Assembly: GCF_000143415.4 (NCBI RefSeq)
Contig: NW_003314261.1
Coordinates: 1,626,117-1,690,116 of the forward strand
Direction of reading: 5' to 3'
DNA length: 64,000 nt
Source: Selaginella moellendorffii
Lineage: Eukaryota > Plantae > Lycopodiophyta
The notes beneath the pieces are model-generated. The model saw nothing but the letters and a program-made list of their open reading frames with translations, made no database searches and was not told the DNA's origin. Numbering within the stretch: the stretch's first letter is position 1; each line of letters starts with the position of its first letter. Shown piece by piece: positions 61,600-64,000 of the stretch. Both the position numbers and the translations under genes were made by a program.

Positions 61600-63850
61600 T
61601 TTACATATTATTAAAAACTGAAGGAACTTCTATAATGCACCATGGACAAATGATGTTACTATTATATTTGTTAGTGATGATGGAGAGCCACCACATAGTT
61701 GTGCAAATATATATATCCAACTATAAGCAATTCTAAATGTATCTCAACACTTAATTATAATTGTGATCCAATGGTTTACCCATTAATATTTCCTTTTGGT
61801 GACAAAGGTTGGCATGAAAATATTTTTAATTCATGACATAGAATTATATTACTCCAATATTATGCATACTATTTATCTATAAGAGATATAATACAGCTTG
61901 GTTTTGATCAAATTTTACATACAGGCAAACCCACACAACAATATCTTCTCAATTCTTATATAAAAGTTGAAAGCAATAATTTAAATTACTATCACACTCA
62001 TCAAAAACAACTATGAGTTGAAATATATACTAGTTTTATGGATTATGTTGCAAACTATGCTACTAATGAAAATATAAATCCAGGCAGGATTGTTATTTTA
62101 CCTTCAAGTTTTGGGGGTGGCCTTAAAGCAATGCAATAAAATTATCAAAATGTAATAGCTATAGTTACTCATTTTCAAAGCTAGATATTTTCATTACTTT
62201 TACATGCAATCCCAAATAGCCAAAAGAATTCAAAAACTTATATGCAATAAAGGCTTTAAGGATCATCCAGACTTGGTTTCTAGATTATTTCATGTCAAAT
62301 TTAAAAACTTTTTGAATTGTATTACTAAAAAATATATTTTCCAAAATTATATTGCTTATATATATATAATTGAATTTCAAAAGAGAGGCCTTCCATATTG
62401 TCACTTTCTCGGGATTTTATTTCATGAAAACAAGATTAAAGATTGTGATGCTATTAACTAGTACATTTCTGCACAATTGCTTGATCCTTAAGATAAATTT
62501 GAAATTTTAAAAATAATTACATTTTATATGATACATAGTTTATATAGGTCTATTTACCCTAATAGTCCTTATATGGAAAATGGAATTTGCTCAAAAAGTT
62601 ATCCAAGAATATTTAATTATGAAACTACTTTTATTGTTGATAGATATCCAGATTATTATAAACTTGATAATGGCCACACTTGTGCTCTTGTTCCTTGTGT
62701 GTTTGTAAAAAATGGGTACTATATTGATTATCAATGGGTAGTACCTTATAATAAATACTTTTGTAAAAAATATAATGATCAAATTAATATTGAAATTTGT
62801 CCTACTATAAAAATTATTAAATATTTATTTTAATATGTCTATAAAGGTTATGATTGTGCTATAATATAAGTTATGTATCCACTCCAGAGGCAATATGGAG
62901 ACTTTTTAAATTTAAAATGCATAGTCATTCGACCTTTTTAATCTGCCTTTCTATCTATTTTCTAAATTTTCAAGATGTTTATTTTATACAATGTTTTAAA
63001 TAAATATCACTTCAAAGAACTACTTAAAATGGTACAATGTTAACAAAATAGTTTGAATTAAATATAAATGACCTAAATATTAAAAAATATACATATCTTA
63101 AAGTCCCTTTATATTATACATTTAACTCTCATACTTATAGCTTGCTAATTTGACATTAAGAAATATCATTCCCAAATGTATTCTGTGTTGTCATCCAATG
63201 TTGAACTATATCATTTATGTTTTATTTTATTTCATAAAAAGGTGTTACATTTTTTAATGATCTCAAGCCAGTTAACAATATTTATTATGATATGTTTCAA
63301 CAAGTTGCAAAGGCAATGAGGCTTTTAGTTGATACTAAATGGGAAAATTGTTTAGAAGATGCTTAATTTTTTAGAATGCCATCACAATTAAGACAATTAT
63401 TTGTATTACTTTGTGTCTTTTGCACTCCAAAAAATCTTTACTTCTTATGGGATAAATATAAAGACTTCCTTTTTGAGGATTTCATGTAAATAAGTCTAAT
63501 TTTTCATTATGAACATGCTTTATATGATATAAATATAAAAATGAAATTACATTGCAAAACTAATCAAAACTACCACTTATCTTTACCTTTTGAAATTTTG
63601 ATGATGAAAATGTTGTCAACCCGATACAAATATATCAAAATTTTAAACAAAATATCCCTCAATTTAATCAAGAATAGTTAAATATTTTTAATGATATTCT
63701 TAATGTTATTGATCACCCAATTGAGCATAATTGATACATTTTCATTAATGGCTTTGGTGGTATTGGTGAAACATTTTTCTTAACACTTTTTACAACTAAA
63801 AAAATATAAATGTTTTTAGCATGTGTAGACAAAAATTGCAAATACTTTAC
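61600..63850 (+). mobile_element. Decayed Helitron Rep/helicase
   Basis: ILPSSFGGG, DIFITFTCNP, HPDLVSRLF, IEFQKRGLPYCHFL (Rep EFQKRGLPHAH), WVVPYN..INIEIC, YKG; PIF1 Walker-A-like FINGFGGIGETF at ~63740; many stops. Confidence 0.9.
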
Positions 63851-64000
63851 TCTATAATGAGCAAATTTCACACACTGCTTATAAACTTTCTGAACTTTGT
63901 ACTTGATATTTCAAACCCTTATATTGCAGCCAATTGAGTTATACTTACCCCACTTAATGATGACATATTTCCATTCAATAACACTATTGTCTCTAGATTA

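Overview
Eukaryotic nuclear DNA from a non-seed land plant. Gene density, ~50-65 nt introns and gene content fit a lycophyte such as Selaginella, but the organism is inferred, not proven. Positions ~2.7-49 kb are gene-dense: RKD-type RWP-RK factor, NAP1, RPP2, VNS-clade NAC, KASI, TatD, NHX5/6-like antiporter with three U12 introns, ZOP1, an orphan coiled-coil gene, two intronless fungal-type FAD oxidases (one frameshifted), an Ig-like/multi-TM membrane protein, ABCB6/20, Iojap, ROS3 and GlcAT14. Decayed pieces include two DUF616 remnants and an 18.4-21.4 kb mosaic (25S rDNA fragment, LHT fragment, interrupted TatD copy). After 49 kb the DNA is AT-rich and repetitive: a microsatellite, a truncated Ty3/Gypsy element and a decayed Helitron, around one striking gene encoding a highly divergent NAC domain at the C-terminus behind a Cys-rich/acidic N-terminus. 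Exon boundaries were read by eye and family calls rest on remembered motifs, not database searches.
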